Both the position numbers and the translations under genes were made by a program. The notes beneath the pieces are model-generated. The model did no database searches, was not told where the DNA came from, and saw only the letters and a program-made list of their open reading frames with translations. Shown here piece by piece: positions 25,506 through 34,590 of a DNA stretch of 64,000 bases (position 1 is its first letter; each line of letters opens with the position of its first letter). The stretch covers positions 75,715 through 139,714 of the forward strand of contig JACJVW010000002.1 of assembly GCA_020637435.1 (NCBI GenBank), given 5' to 3'. This stretch comes from Candidatus Woesearchaeota archaeon (GTDB lineage Archaea > Nanobdellota > Nanobdellia > Woesearchaeales > JACJVW01).

Positions 25506-25871
25506 TTGACTAAAGTACTTATTGTTGATGACTCTTCTTTCATGAGAACCCTTATCAAAAATATCGTTAAGGAAAGGAATTGTGAGGTAATAGAAGCCAG
25601 TAATGCAGATGAAGCTATTGAACTCTACAAGGCTGAGAAACCGGATATCACATTCATGGACATCATCATGGAAGGGAAGACGGGTCTTGACGCGTTAAAA
25701 GAGATCCGTGCATTTGACGGTAACGCTATTGTCGTCATGTGTACCTCCATCGGTGGCCAGGAGCACGTGATCAAAGAAGCCGTCGACTATGGCGCAGCAG
25801 ATTTCATGACAAAACCATTCAAACAACAGGAGATCTTCAACGTCATAGACAAATACGGCAAAACACAATGA
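25506..25871 (+). CDS. cheY: Chemotaxis response regulator CheY
   Basis: 121-aa receiver domain (VLIVDDSSFMR...DITFMDIIMEG..G...MCTS...K). The TTG start lies 6 nt after AGGAGGTG (25492-25499). Confidence 0.9.
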   Translation: MTKVLIVDDSSFMRTLIKNIVKERNCEVIEASNADEAIELYKAEKPDITFMDIIMEGKTGLDALKEIRAFDGNAIVVMCTSIGGQEHVIKEAVDYGAADFMTKPFKQQEIFNVIDKYGKTQ

Positions 25872-26887
25872 TCAGGGTCATCGTGACCGACGACTCTGCA
25901 TTTATGCGAAAACTTCTTTCTGATGTCATCAACTCCGACCCTGAATTAGATGTCGTCACCACAGCAAGAGACGGACAGGACCTCCTTAACAAGATAGAAG
26001 AGTTTTCGCCCGACCTTATCACACTTGATATCAGTATGCCCGTCATGGACGGCATCACCGCGCTTAAGAAGATCATGGCTGAAAAACCTTTGCCGGTCAT
26101 CATGATAAGCGCTCTCTCTGATGAAGAGAATACATTTAACTGCCTCGAACTTGGAGCAGTCGATTTTATCCCTAAGACCTCCGGAATCATATCGATAGAT
26201 ATGAACAAGAAAAGGGACATCATCATCGAGAAGATAAAGACCGCAATGAAGGCAAAGCTTGAGCAGGGCATCACAGAACAGAATACGAAAGAATTCGCCA
26301 CAGGCAGCAAGCATAGTGATAAAGTTGTGCTTATTGGAGGTTCCACAGGCGGCCCTAAGGCGATAGAATCGATACTTCAGGCATTGCCCAAGGATTTCCC
26401 AGCTCCCATCCTCATCGTTCAGCACATCCCGGAGGAGTTTACCCTGGCCTTTGCGGCAAGACTTAACAGGACCGCCGAGATACAGGTCAAAGAAGCAGTG
26501 AACGGAGAATTAATCCGTCCCGGAGTTGCGTATATCGCCCCCGGAAATTTTCATATGCTCATCGATAAGATAGGCCATGAGCGTTGCATCAAACTTACAA
26601 AAGATGATAAGATACACGGCTTTAGGCCAAGCATCGACGCCTTATTCAGTTCAGCCGCAGAGAGCTATCAGAAAGATAGTGTTGGCATAATCCTTACCGG
26701 TCTTGGTGAAGACGGTAAGAAGGGCATGATGGACATCAAAGCGAAAAAAGGCATGACTATCGTGCAGGACCCAAAGACCTGCATTGTACGAGGTATGGCC
26801 GACAACATCATTCACGCCGAAGCAGCAGAGCGTATCATACCTTTAAATGAGATAGCACAGACGATAATCAAGATACTGAGGGAATAG
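25868..26887 (+). CDS. cheB: Protein-glutamate methylesterase CheB
   Basis: MIRVIVTDDSAFMRKLL receiver domain plus a CheB catalytic domain (VLIGGSTGGPKA, ILIVQHIP). The ATG overlaps the cheY stop (ATGA). Confidence 0.9.
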   Translation: MIRVIVTDDSAFMRKLLSDVINSDPELDVVTTARDGQDLLNKIEEFSPDLITLDISMPVMDGITALKKIMAEKPLPVIMISALSDEENTFNCLELGAVDFIPKTSGIISIDMNKKRDIIIEKIKTAMKAKLEQGITEQNTKEFATGSKHSDKVVLIGGSTGGPKAIESILQALPKDFPAPILIVQHIPEEFTLAFAARLNRTAEIQVKEAVNGELIRPGVAYIAPGNFHMLIDKIGHERCIKLTKDDKIHGFRPSIDALFSSAAESYQKDSVGIILTGLGEDGKKGMMDIKAKKGMTIVQDPKTCIVRGMADNIIHAEAAERIIPLNEIAQTIIKILRE

Positions 26888-26890
26888 ATT

Positions 26891-27262
26891 ATGAATGAAG
26901 AATACCTTGAACCATTCCTCGAAGAGGCGGAATCACAGATTTCCTGTCTTAAGGAAAATATTGAGAAAGTGAAGACAGAGCAGAATAATGAAACTTTTCA
27001 GACTATTCGAAGATGCGCCCACACACTCAAGGGTTCATCCGCGATCATGGAACTGACCAAACTGTCCGAATTATGTAAGATGGTCGAATATACGGGGAGG
27101 GATCTTGCAGAAGGGAAACTGGGATATGATGAGTCTGTACAGGCAAGCCTGGATAAAGTCGTTCCCACTCTTGTCTTAGAGGTAGAGAACATCAAAACTA
27201 ACAAAGCTGATGGACTGCCTGAGACAGGTACCCTTACGACTGAACTGCAAGCAAGACTATAA
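26891..27262 (+). CDS. Stand-alone HPt (histidine phosphotransfer) domain protein
   Basis: 123 aa. RRCAHTLKGSSAIMELTKLSELCKMVE is a CheA-P1-like HPt motif with the phosphorylatable His. Confidence 0.7.
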   Translation: MNEEYLEPFLEEAESQISCLKENIEKVKTEQNNETFQTIRRCAHTLKGSSAIMELTKLSELCKMVEYTGRDLAEGKLGYDESVQASLDKVVPTLVLEVENIKTNKADGLPETGTLTTELQARL

Positions 27263-29205
27263 TGTCAGATTACAAGGATGCTTTCATCAACGAGGCGCGT
27301 GAGCAGCTTGACAACCTTAGTGACGGGCTGCTGCTCCTGGAGAAGGAGCCGGACAATACAGACTATATCAATCAGGTGTTCCGTGCTTGCCATACCTTGA
27401 AAGGAAATGCAGCTATGATGGGCTATAACACCTTTTCTAAATTGAGCCACAGCATGGAGAATGTCCTCGCGAAGATGCGTGACGGTTCTCTGAAAGCCAA
27501 TGAGGACATTATCAACAGTCTTTTTGATGGCGCCGATATGCTTGAGCATGGCCTTGAGACCATCGATGCGCACGAAGCGGATCTTTCTGATACTGATGAT
27601 CTGATCCATAAATTCGATGTCATATCAGAGAAAAAACAGGAACTCACCCATGAGAATACCAACCTTCCAATGCAACTTGGACTTGATGACGGCCAGAAAC
27701 ATCAGATATGGCAGGCCAAAGAAGAAGGCTACCATGTCTTTCGGGTGACGATCATATTCAAGCCCACCTGTCTGCTCAAGGGCCCAAAGGCCATGGTGCT
27801 CCTAAGAGATAACAAGGACATTATGGAGCGCATCATATATGCGCATCCAAGCATTGATGACATCCGCAACGGAAAAGTTACATCCGGTGTTGACCTGGTC
27901 ATAGGAACAAAGATCAGCAAGGATGAACTCATTGAGAGGATGAATAAAGTCTCAGAAGTTGAATCAAGAGTTCTTGACCCCGAAGAGAACTACAGCATCC
28001 CCACACACATAGACCCGGCTAAAAGCCAGATAAAAAAAGATATCGTCAGGACCTTCTCCAAACCCATCCAGAGCATCCGCGTCGATGTCAAGAAATTGGA
28101 CAATCTCGTCAATATGGTAGGAGAACTGTTGATCGCAAATATGCAGCTCAAGCAGATAAGCAAAGAATCCAATCAGGCGAATCTGAGCAGCGTCACGAAC
28201 AGCATAGAGATACTTACGACTAACATCCAGGAAGAGGTCATGCAGGAGAGGATGGTACCTGTAGGACAAATCTTCAATCGCTTCCCAAGATTGGTAAGGG
28301 ACCTCTCCATGAAAGAGAACAAAAAACTGATCATCGAGATCAAAGGAGAAGAGATTGAACTTGATCGTAATGTACTCGATGAAATAAGTGAACCCCTTAT
28401 CCATATCATCCGAAACGCGGTCGACCACGGCATTGAGAAATCTGATGAGCGTATCAGAAGCGGTAAGAACATTGAAGGAAAAATTAGGCTTACAGCGACA
28501 AGAGAAAAGAATTCTGCTATGATTGTCATCGAAGACGATGGAGGCGGAATCAACACGGCCAAAGTAGTCCAGAAAGCGATCAACTCCGGACTAGTCACAG
28601 AAAGCGAGGCCAGAAGTATGTCCAGGCAGAAGATGCTTTCACTCATATTCACCCCAGGTCTAAGCACAAAAGACCAGATTACGGACATCTCTGGAAGAGG
28701 TGTTGGTATGGATGTTGTGCTCACAAAGATAAAGCGCCTCGGAGGCAATGTTAAAATCCACTCAAAAGAAGGTCTCGGAACAAGGATCGAATTATCCCTA
28801 CCACTTACATTGGCTATCATCTCATCCCTCATCGTACGAGTTGAAGGAGACAAGTATGCCCTTCCTCTAAGCAGTATCATAGAGACCATTGACCTGCAGC
28901 ATAAAAACATAAAGACCATCCAGGGAAATGAAATAATCCTGCTCAGAGGCCAGGAAGTTCCTCTTGTCCGCCTCAGTTCATTCTTCTATGCAAAAAGGAA
29001 GGACCTAAAAGAATACGCTGTCGTCATTACTGAAGAAGGTGATCGTAAAGTAGGTTTCATCGTCGATGAGATAGTCGACCAGCAACCTATTCTAATCAAG
29101 AACCTGCACAAACTGATACGGGGAGTAAAGGGCATAGCGGGAGCGACCATCCTTGGTGATGGCAAGGTATGTCTCATAGCAGACGTAAGTTCTATTGGAG
29201 TTTGA
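27262..29205 (+). CDS. cheA: Chemotaxis histidine kinase CheA
   Basis: P1 domain (RACHTLKGNAAMMG), P3 (IRVDVKKLDNLVNMVGELLI), P4 HATPase (HIIRNAVDHGIE; DDGGGI; GRGVGMDVV) and a P5 CheW-like domain. Confidence 0.9.
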   Translation: MSDYKDAFINEAREQLDNLSDGLLLLEKEPDNTDYINQVFRACHTLKGNAAMMGYNTFSKLSHSMENVLAKMRDGSLKANEDIINSLFDGADMLEHGLETIDAHEADLSDTDDLIHKFDVISEKKQELTHENTNLPMQLGLDDGQKHQIWQAKEEGYHVFRVTIIFKPTCLLKGPKAMVLLRDNKDIMERIIYAHPSIDDIRNGKVTSGVDLVIGTKISKDELIERMNKVSEVESRVLDPEENYSIPTHIDPAKSQIKKDIVRTFSKPIQSIRVDVKKLDNLVNMVGELLIANMQLKQISKESNQANLSSVTNSIEILTTNIQEEVMQERMVPVGQIFNRFPRLVRDLSMKENKKLIIEIKGEEIELDRNVLDEISEPLIHIIRNAVDHGIEKSDERIRSGKNIEGKIRLTATREKNSAMIVIEDDGGGINTAKVVQKAINSGLVTESEARSMSRQKMLSLIFTPGLSTKDQITDISGRGVGMDVVLTKIKRLGGNVKIHSKEGLGTRIELSLPLTLAIISSLIVRVEGDKYALPLSSIIETIDLQHKNIKTIQGNEIILLRGQEVPLVRLSSFFYAKRKDLKEYAVVITEEGDRKVGFIVDEIVDQQPILIKNLHKLIRGVKGIAGATILGDGKVCLIADVSSIGV

Positions 29206-29827
29206 TACTATGGATGATCTGAATTATTCCAGCAAACAATTGGATGTATTGAATGAGATGGCAAGTATCGGTTCGGGTAATGCCGCTACAGCGCTTTCAA
29301 AACTGCTCGGCAAAAGAGTAGTGATCAGCCCGATATCTTCAAGGTTAACACCTATTGAGAAGATCCCGGAAGAGATGGGTGGTGCAGACACTTTGGTGAT
29401 GTCTGTGTACCTAGGCATCAGCGGAGACCTTTCCGGAGATGCGGTATTCCTTAATCCAAAAGAACAGGCAATGCAGCTCATCGACTACCTTACAAACTGC
29501 AATAAGGAGAAAAGGACTGAACCCTGTGAATTAGACCTCTCCGCGTACAAAGAGATGTCCAATATCTTTACAGGCTCTTACATGAATGCGATCTCCACCA
29601 TGCTCAAGGTGAAGATAATCCCTTCAGTCCCTCACTACGCGAGCGATATGATAGGAAGCCTTATTGATTTCATCCTCAGCGACATAGGCCAAAGCGTCGA
29701 TTCGGCGCTTCTAATTAAGACAGACATAAATATAGATTACCAGGATATCGGGGGAGGATATATCATATTGTTCGACTTGGAGTCCCTTCAGAAGATGCTT
29801 AGGCTAAGTGAAGAATACAATGGATAA
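29195..29827 (+). CDS. cheC: CheC-family CheY-P phosphatase
   Basis: LDVLNEMASIGSGNAATALSKLLGK and SAYKEMSNIFTGSYMNAIS are the two CheC repeats. The first E-x2-N site reads E-M-A-S, so it is degenerate. Confidence 0.8.
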   Translation: MEFDTMDDLNYSSKQLDVLNEMASIGSGNAATALSKLLGKRVVISPISSRLTPIEKIPEEMGGADTLVMSVYLGISGDLSGDAVFLNPKEQAMQLIDYLTNCNKEKRTEPCELDLSAYKEMSNIFTGSYMNAISTMLKVKIIPSVPHYASDMIGSLIDFILSDIGQSVDSALLIKTDINIDYQDIGGGYIILFDLESLQKMLRLSEEYNG

Positions 29828-30308
29828 TAGGTCTATAATCGTTGGCATGGGAAACTATGCTGTCCGTAGGCATGGAGCTACATTGACATGTCTAGGTATA
29901 GGTTCATGCATAGCGGTTATGCTCTTAGACAGCGTCAACAAAGTGTATGGCATGGCGCACATCATGCTCCCCTACAAAAAACCATCATTCAAGACGGTCA
30001 ATCCCAATAAGTTCGCGGATGTGTGCATCCCAAAGACGCTTGACGCGATGCTAGAACTTGGTGCGGATAAAGGATTCATCAAAGCAAAGATCGCAGGCGG
30101 CGCCCACATGTTCCCATCGCTGGTCAACGACAAGATTGCTATCAACCAGCGGAACACCACCGCGGTAAAGACCGTGCTTCACAATCTCAATATACCCATC
30201 ATCGCAGAGGATCTTGGTGGTAACCACGGCCGGACCGTCTTCCTTGACACAGATACAGAACGAGTCACCATACAGATCAAATCTCTTGGCGTACTACGTG
30301 AACTCTGA
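29820..30308 (+). CDS. cheD: Chemoreceptor glutamine deamidase CheD
   Basis: LGIGSCIAVMLLD...GMAHIMLP...AKIAGGAHMF is the CheD core. The ATG at 29820 overlaps the cheC stop. The track ORF begins at a GTG at 29808. Confidence 0.85.
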   Translation: MDNRSIIVGMGNYAVRRHGATLTCLGIGSCIAVMLLDSVNKVYGMAHIMLPYKKPSFKTVNPNKFADVCIPKTLDAMLELGADKGFIKAKIAGGAHMFPSLVNDKIAINQRNTTAVKTVLHNLNIPIIAEDLGGNHGRTVFLDTDTERVTIQIKSLGVLREL

Positions 30309-31217
30309 TCATTCCCGCTTCTGATAGATCTTCTCATCACTATTGACAAAATGAAATTTGTTACGCGCAGTGCCGGTAAGTAGTTCGCTCTTGCCCATGA
30401 TGAAGTATCCGTAATTATTCAGACATGAATAGAAACCCTCATAGAGATTCTCTTTTGCTTCCTGGTTGAAATAGATGACTACGTTGCGACAGACTATGAT
30501 ATCCATGCCTGCCAGCAGAGAATCATTGAACAAGTCGTGATTAACAAAAGTGACGCTGTCCCGTATGCCGTCCTTCAAGATGTACACATCACCATCGGGG
30601 ATAAAATACTTATCTACCAGGTAGGGTTCGGTCTCGCTCAATTGGGATTGCGTATACTCACCGATCATCGCCTTATTGATAGCTTCCTGGTCGATATCTG
30701 TGCCAAAGATCTTGATATGTTCCGGCAGTTTCTTTTGATGAAGAATCTCGCACAGGATAATAGCGATAGTGTAGGGTTCTTCTCCGCTAGAACAGCCCGC
30801 ACACCAGATCTTTATCCCTTTGCCTTCCTTTTTTGAACGGAAAAGCTCTGGAAGAACAACATCCCGAATCTCTTTGAATACAAGCGCATTCCTAAAGAAA
30901 CGTGTCACGTTTACCGTCAGGTTCTTCAGAAGCTGATGCTGCTCTTCTTCATTGCCTTCTATGTATTGAAGATATCCGTCATACGTAGGTATCCTGGTGA
31001 TGAACATGCGTGAATGGACACGACGTTTGAGATAGCTAAGATGATACTTGTGCGAATCGAACCGAAGATTATCAGCAACATACTTCATAAGAGCGACAAA
31101 ATGGACTTCATCATCCGTGATGTGAAAGTCTGAGAATCCATAACGCACCTTATTGGCGGCCTCAACCATATATGCATACTGGTAGCCGGCGTTTATAAAT
31201 CTTATTGAGCTGATCAA
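30309..31217 (-). CDS. cheR: Chemotaxis methyltransferase CheR
   Basis: VTRFFRN and IWCAGCSSGEEPYTIAI are CheR SAM-methyltransferase motifs. It is convergent with cheD with zero intergenic bases. Confidence 0.85.
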   Translation of the reverse strand: MISSIRFINAGYQYAYMVEAANKVRYGFSDFHITDDEVHFVALMKYVADNLRFDSHKYHLSYLKRRVHSRMFITRIPTYDGYLQYIEGNEEEQHQLLKNLTVNVTRFFRNALVFKEIRDVVLPELFRSKKEGKGIKIWCAGCSSGEEPYTIAIILCEILHQKKLPEHIKIFGTDIDQEAINKAMIGEYTQSQLSETEPYLVDKYFIPDGDVYILKDGIRDSVTFVNHDLFNDSLLAGMDIIVCRNVVIYFNQEAKENLYEGFYSCLNNYGYFIMGKSELLTGTARNKFHFVNSDEKIYQKRE

Positions 31218-31280
31218 AGAAGATTCTCAACATAGTCCTTGATAGAAGCATTTATGTATTCCTATTGACTAGTCAGGGTT

Positions 31281-31535
31281 ATGTACAGATATCTCATTTC
31301 GGGAAAGGTACAGGGCGTAGGATTCAGATATTATGTACAAAAAAATGCGCAACGTCTTGGCATCAAGGGCTACGTCAGGAACTACGGTCCAGATGTTGAA
31401 TTGGTCACCACTATCAAAGACTTCTTTGAGAAAGCGGATGAACCGCCATTGCACTCAAGTATCAGCAAGATAGGAGTATCATTTGTTGAAGAGAAGGTAC
31501 CTGACGAATTTAAGATTAGGCAGTCTGTACTATGA
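31281..31535 (+). CDS. acyP: Acylphosphatase
   Basis: 84 aa carrying the signature ISGKVQGVGFRYYV...GIKGYVRN. Confidence 0.85.
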   Translation: MYRYLISGKVQGVGFRYYVQKNAQRLGIKGYVRNYGPDVELVTTIKDFFEKADEPPLHSSISKIGVSFVEEKVPDEFKIRQSVL

Positions 31536-32683
31536 TACTTAATTACCAACACCTGCACCTCGCTACTGGACAAAGGGCATTAGAGACCTCCAGAAAACTG
31601 CTGGCCAGCGGCAAGACACTCAGCCTGAAGACCCCGAAAAGGAATTTTATCCTGGCCTTGCCTGAACATGCGATGCATATACGGTACCATACCAAGTCAC
31701 CGGACCGCCCCATGGAATTGATGCTTCCCTCACCTGAAGCACTCCCCATGGTTGAACAAGAAAGAACAGCCCTACAAAAATACAAAATCAATATTGAGAA
31801 AGAAGAGGGAATCTTCACCGCAGTAAGCTCAAACCCAAGGTTAACCGTACTCCTTCCTTTCGACAGCATCACAGCAGAACTATGTGATCAACCCCTCTGT
31901 ATCATTGAGCATGAAGAACCTACCGAATATGTGCTGCACACAGACGAAGAACTCCAGATAAAAGATACAGTCCGTATAGTGGATGGTGATGAGTATATTA
32001 TCGAGCCCGCAGTCATCAAAGAAAAAGGTAATATTCCCACAGGTACAAATATAATGGGCACGTACCTAAAAGCACAGGTCACAGACAAAGGAATAGTTGA
32101 TATAGGGCCCTGCCCGAATATACATCATAACATCTCACCGCCATGCATCACTACCGCTTACTATCCTGCGTGCAAGCACAAATCAAGGATCCAAGCGATC
32201 ATCGATGGTGTAGATGCACCGCACATCCTTATCATTGATGAGGAGATAGCGATCTACAAGAAACAGCGTAAACTTGCTCAAGTCAGACGTTATCCCTGCA
32301 CAGACCTCACATATCCATGGCTAAGCAGGCTTGGATTCCTACCGAAGAGATACAAAGGACCGCAAGGTAAAGAGGAATTGGAGTTTCGTCGAGAACAGCT
32401 TAAGACCGCGCCATTGACAAATTCCACAAGATTCTACTTTAACCTCTCGAGTAGAATAGACATCAACACATATCCGGACAGGTCGATAGATATTCAGGAC
32501 TATGCGACCGAAGCTAACGGTCTTTGGCACCGACTAATTGAAGAGCTGCTCTCAAAAAGCGAAGAACCTCCTCTAGCAGTGGGTAGGTATGTTCTGCACA
32601 AACAGATTCATCCTGTGCTTAGAAAGAATAATGTAAGAATCAATAAGATAATTGATCCAGAATTGCTAGGACTTACTTACTGA
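31532..32683 (+). CDS. Hypothetical protein (383 aa)
   Basis: Its start overlaps the acyP stop (ATGA). I recognised no motif. It has several Cys/His in the middle (GPCPNIHHNISPPC...PACKHK). Confidence 0.5.
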   Translation: MILNYQHLHLATGQRALETSRKLLASGKTLSLKTPKRNFILALPEHAMHIRYHTKSPDRPMELMLPSPEALPMVEQERTALQKYKINIEKEEGIFTAVSSNPRLTVLLPFDSITAELCDQPLCIIEHEEPTEYVLHTDEELQIKDTVRIVDGDEYIIEPAVIKEKGNIPTGTNIMGTYLKAQVTDKGIVDIGPCPNIHHNISPPCITTAYYPACKHKSRIQAIIDGVDAPHILIIDEEIAIYKKQRKLAQVRRYPCTDLTYPWLSRLGFLPKRYKGPQGKEELEFRREQLKTAPLTNSTRFYFNLSSRIDINTYPDRSIDIQDYATEANGLWHRLIEELLSKSEEPPLAVGRYVLHKQIHPVLRKNNVRINKIIDPELLGLTY

Positions 32684-32972
32684 CCTGCTCTTCCAGTTTG
32701 CTCAACACATCATCAAGCGCGAAGAAAAGATTCCTGTTCGTAATCTCTGAAGTGAATGGACCACCCTTCGCGACAACCTTTGAATGCACTTCAAAATTAT
32801 CTGAACCATGCACCTTCTTCATACTGACTGAAAGACCGTCAAATCCTTCCGCATGCTCTGTCAACCTCTTGGCATAATTGCCGACAATCTTCTTTACCAC
32901 GACAAGTTTACCGGGTTCAAGCGCAGAGAATCCATTGAGTCTTATGTTGCCTCCTAGTTCCACTTCATCCAT
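32673..32972 (-). CDS. Small protein with an HPF/RaiA (S30AE)-like pattern
   Basis: 99 aa. NIRLNGF.ALEPG....KKIVGNYAKRL......GLSVSMKKV.....FEVHSKVVAKGG.F.SE....NLFFALDDVLSKLEEQV resembles the beta-alpha-beta3-alpha hibernation-factor layout. This is a recollection only. Confidence 0.35.
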   Translation of the reverse strand: MDEVELGGNIRLNGFSALEPGKLVVVKKIVGNYAKRLTEHAEGFDGLSVSMKKVHGSDNFEVHSKVVAKGGPFTSEITNRNLFFALDDVLSKLEEQVSK

Positions 32973-33070
32973 TCTATTTCCTCCACTGCTACAAGATATA
33001 AAAGAGGCTTGCGCCTCTTGAATACATAAAGTGTCTAGAATATATATAGTTTACTGGTTTTGTTAATAAA

Positions 33071-34558
33071 CTATTTTTTAGGTCGCCAGACCCTGCTGAC
33101 CTGTTCTTCTTTGTTAAATCCAGTAAGGTATTTGCGAAGAAATGAGGGCATTGTATCGGTGATGGCACTGAGATTCGACATTCTTGCGATGTACAGGCCC
33201 ATCTGCTTGGTCACCTTGTCATACATATTCTCATCGAGATAGATGACACCCTTGTGAATGCGGTCGAAAGCCTCGCTTCCGTAGGGAGCTAAGACAATAT
33301 AGCCCCGTTTTCCCTGGATAAGCTCAGAATGGGTATCCATACCGATCAGTATGTCTCTATAATCTGAAAAATAAACGCCTCCGGACTGCTGGCTTGGATC
33401 GACAATAAGCAGTTCATCACCCCTCACACCTGCCACTAATGAGTAATGAGCATACTTGGCATCAGGGAAAAGATACTTCTTCTTGTAATCGACAATGCAA
33501 AGCCCACCCTGACGCATCCATATATTGATCTCCTTCATAAGACTGCTAATCTTGTCAAAGCTGATCCATGCACCGACGACCTGACCCTCAGTGATACGGG
33601 TAACCGTTTCAATAAGGGATTTGGGATGCGTTCCAGCTGCACCTGTCGCCTTTTTGCGCTTGATGGTTCCCATAAGTTTGCCAAGCTCTTCTTGGGTGTA
33701 ATGATATCCGAAGATACCAAGAGCCATAGAAGCGGAGGCTGGTCCACAATGACTTTTGCTCTGAGCGACATAATTGTCCTTGAGCTTCTGTAGCGTATCC
33801 ATCTCCTTGACCGGCTTGACTATGCCGATAGTGGAACTTGCGATGACACGGTTTGGCATGATGACTAATCCATTTGTCTTCTCGTGAAGCTCAGTATACA
33901 TGCCCCGTACATTCTTAATCACATACTCCTTCTCATCGATCTTGATAAGCGTACCAGGCCTAAACTCCATGATGTTAAGCAGATAGACCCGGGCAAAAAA
34001 GTCTCTCATCGGGTTGATAAGTCCTGCGGCAAGCAGGAAAAACAGGAGTATGATAACAGGATAGAGAATAAATCCAAGGATTGTCTGCAATACAGGGATC
34101 TCGACAAGCGAGAAGATAATATGGGCCAGAGATAAGTACAAAATAAGTTGTATCACAAAAATCATCACCGGAAGCACAAACTGCCGCGATTCTCTGGAAA
34201 AGTATTCCTCTGTCCTGATATATTCAAGAAATCTCTTCACAAACCACATGAATAGATTGATGATGACTGAACCCATGATAAACATTAGTACAATCATGAC
34301 CACAGTAGGAACTAGGTCAAAAAATGACAGGAACATCCCGTCCTTCGAATTCACTCCGAAGAAAAGGATGGCGATGCTGAATGTGATGACCAGTATTACC
34401 TTCTCAGCGATAGTCTGGATCGTCTCCTTTCGTTCCACCGGTTCCACATATCTTCCGGTGCGTACCAGTTTTATGATGATGCGTGAGATGATTTTCGAAA
34501 GGATGTAACCTATCACCAGGATTCCGAATACATAGATCAGCGTAAACTCAAGCTCCAT
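33071..34558 (-). CDS. Fusion protein: MscS-like membrane/beta domain plus a C39-like papain-fold cysteine peptidase domain
   Basis: 495 aa. About 5 TM helices are followed by FRPGTLIKIDEKEYVIKNVRGMYTELHEKTNGLVIMPNRVIASSTI (MscS core). Then SHCGPASASMALGIFGY (catalytic Cys) ... AHYSLVAGVRGDELLIVDPS (His/Asp). Confidence 0.6.
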   Translation of the reverse strand: MELEFTLIYVFGILVIGYILSKIISRIIIKLVRTGRYVEPVERKETIQTIAEKVILVITFSIAILFFGVNSKDGMFLSFFDLVPTVVMIVLMFIMGSVIINLFMWFVKRFLEYIRTEEYFSRESRQFVLPVMIFVIQLILYLSLAHIIFSLVEIPVLQTILGFILYPVIILLFFLLAAGLINPMRDFFARVYLLNIMEFRPGTLIKIDEKEYVIKNVRGMYTELHEKTNGLVIMPNRVIASSTIGIVKPVKEMDTLQKLKDNYVAQSKSHCGPASASMALGIFGYHYTQEELGKLMGTIKRKKATGAAGTHPKSLIETVTRITEGQVVGAWISFDKISSLMKEINIWMRQGGLCIVDYKKKYLFPDAKYAHYSLVAGVRGDELLIVDPSQQSGGVYFSDYRDILIGMDTHSELIQGKRGYIVLAPYGSEAFDRIHKGVIYLDENMYDKVTKQMGLYIARMSNLSAITDTMPSFLRKYLTGFNKEEQVSRVWRPKK

Positions 34559-34590
34559 TGTTATTGCTGAAGAATTTCAAGTTTTTAATC

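Noticed and set aside
25739-25867. N-terminal extension of the cheB ORF (track start 25739).
   Set aside because: It overlaps cheY in another frame and is Arg-rich nonsense. The receiver domain begins at MIRVIVTDD (ATG 25868, an ATGA overlap with cheY).
28173-28919. 248-aa minus-strand ORF inside cheA.
   Set aside because: cheA on the plus strand has unambiguous P3/P4/P5 motifs across this span. The antisense product is low-complexity S/L/I-rich with no recognisable features.
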